Origin: a virus
Lineage: Duplodnaviria; Caudoviricetes
Reading direction: 5' to 3' (one strand)
DNA length: 24,002 nt
Virus record (IMG/VR): IMGVR_UViG_3300034642_000096
Coordinates: 1-24,002 of that record
Below the pieces are notes generated by a model. It saw only the letters and a list, made by a program, of their open reading frames with translations, searched no databases and was not told the origin of the DNA. The translations under genes and the position numbers were made by a program. Positions 23,289-24,002 of the stretch are shown piece after piece. Numbering within the stretch: the stretch's first letter is position 1; every line of letters begins with the position of its first letter.

Positions 23289-24002
23289 ATGTAGTTATAG
23301 TAGGTGGTGGCACAGCAGGATGGATGACAACTGCTGCATTTTGTAAGACATTTAATGACTGGAATATAACCATCATAGAAGGTGGTGAGTCAATAGGTGT
23401 GGGAGAATCTACAACACCACACATCAATCAGTATCTAAAGTATATGGAGATTGATGACAAGACATTTCTACAGGAAGCAAAGGCAACATATAAATCGAGC
23501 AGTAGGTTTCAAGATTTTAGTAAGGTAGGTGAAGTCTTTCACTATCCTAATGGTCAATCAATAAGAGCAGACGTATCATATCATGAGTGGATGTATGCAA
23601 AGGCAATGGGTTATGAAGTCCCTCCATTTGCAGAGTTGTTTATGCCTTTCGTTACGATAGCAGAGCAGGGTAAACTACCACTCAATCACCATCTTATATC
23701 TCCCTATCAGATAGAGAAAGATAGAAGTTTTCATATAGATGCTAGTAGTTTTTGCACATACCTTAGGAAGTATTGTGACAACGCTACAGTAATTTCTGAT
23801 AAGGTAAAGAGTGTTAAGTATAAAGATGGAAAAATTCACCACCTAGTAGTAAATGGCCAGGAAATATATGCTGATTTGTTTATAGATTGCACTGGGCAAT
23901 CAGCGATACTATCTGACAAGTTAAGTGACTGGATTCCATACGATAATATTATTAATGACACTGCACTTGTTACTAAAGTAGATTACTCTACCAATATAGA
24001 CG
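23285..24002 (+). CDS. Flavin-dependent tryptophan-halogenase-family protein (PrnA-like), 3' end outside the window
   Basis: Missing from the ORF track. MNVVIVGGGTAGW (FAD-binding GxGxxG), IGVGESTTP, ATYK (catalytic Lys position), FHIDA, ADLFIDCTG. The frame stays open to the window end. Confidence 0.92.
   Translation, partial: MNVVIVGGGTAGWMTTAAFCKTFNDWNITIIEGGESIGVGESTTPHINQYLKYMEIDDKTFLQEAKATYKSSSRFQDFSKVGEVFHYPNGQSIRADVSYHEWMYAKAMGYEVPPFAELFMPFVTIAEQGKLPLNHHLISPYQIEKDRSFHIDASSFCTYLRKYCDNATVISDKVKSVKYKDGKIHHLVVNGQEIYADLFIDCTGQSAILSDKLSDWIPYDNIINDTALVTKVDYSTNID

Noticed and set aside
21-23427. All minus-strand ORFs in the track (e.g. 4329-4718, 14049-14414, 18400-18696)
   Set aside because: They are antisense shadows of well-supported + strand genes and have no recognisable motifs.
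1-24002. tRNA genes or a non-standard genetic code
   Set aside because: I noticed no cloverleaf or T-loop signature in the short intergenic gaps, and core genes translate at full length with the standard code.

Overview
A 24 kb segment of a T4-like cyanophage (marine cyanomyovirus). All credible genes lie on the + strand. In order: the replication core (gp43 C-terminus, uvsX, gp41, mazG) interleaved with 2OG-Fe(II) oxygenases; a PD-(D/E)XK-like nuclease, a KxDG ligase-like protein and an HxGH nucleotidyltransferase; late/virion genes; gp61 primase; class Ia nrdA and nrdB; then an accessory region with small ORFs, more oxygenases, three hli genes, membrane micropeptides and a truncated flavin-dependent halogenase. 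The most striking element is at about 17,090-18,080. Two tandem glutamine-riboswitch (glnA-type)-like aptamers each carry a complete ~200-nt paralogous ORF inside their P2 loop. They sit downstream of an NtcA-like box and upstream of a DUF4278-like YRG-peptide operon. All calls come from reading motifs by eye; no database searches were run.
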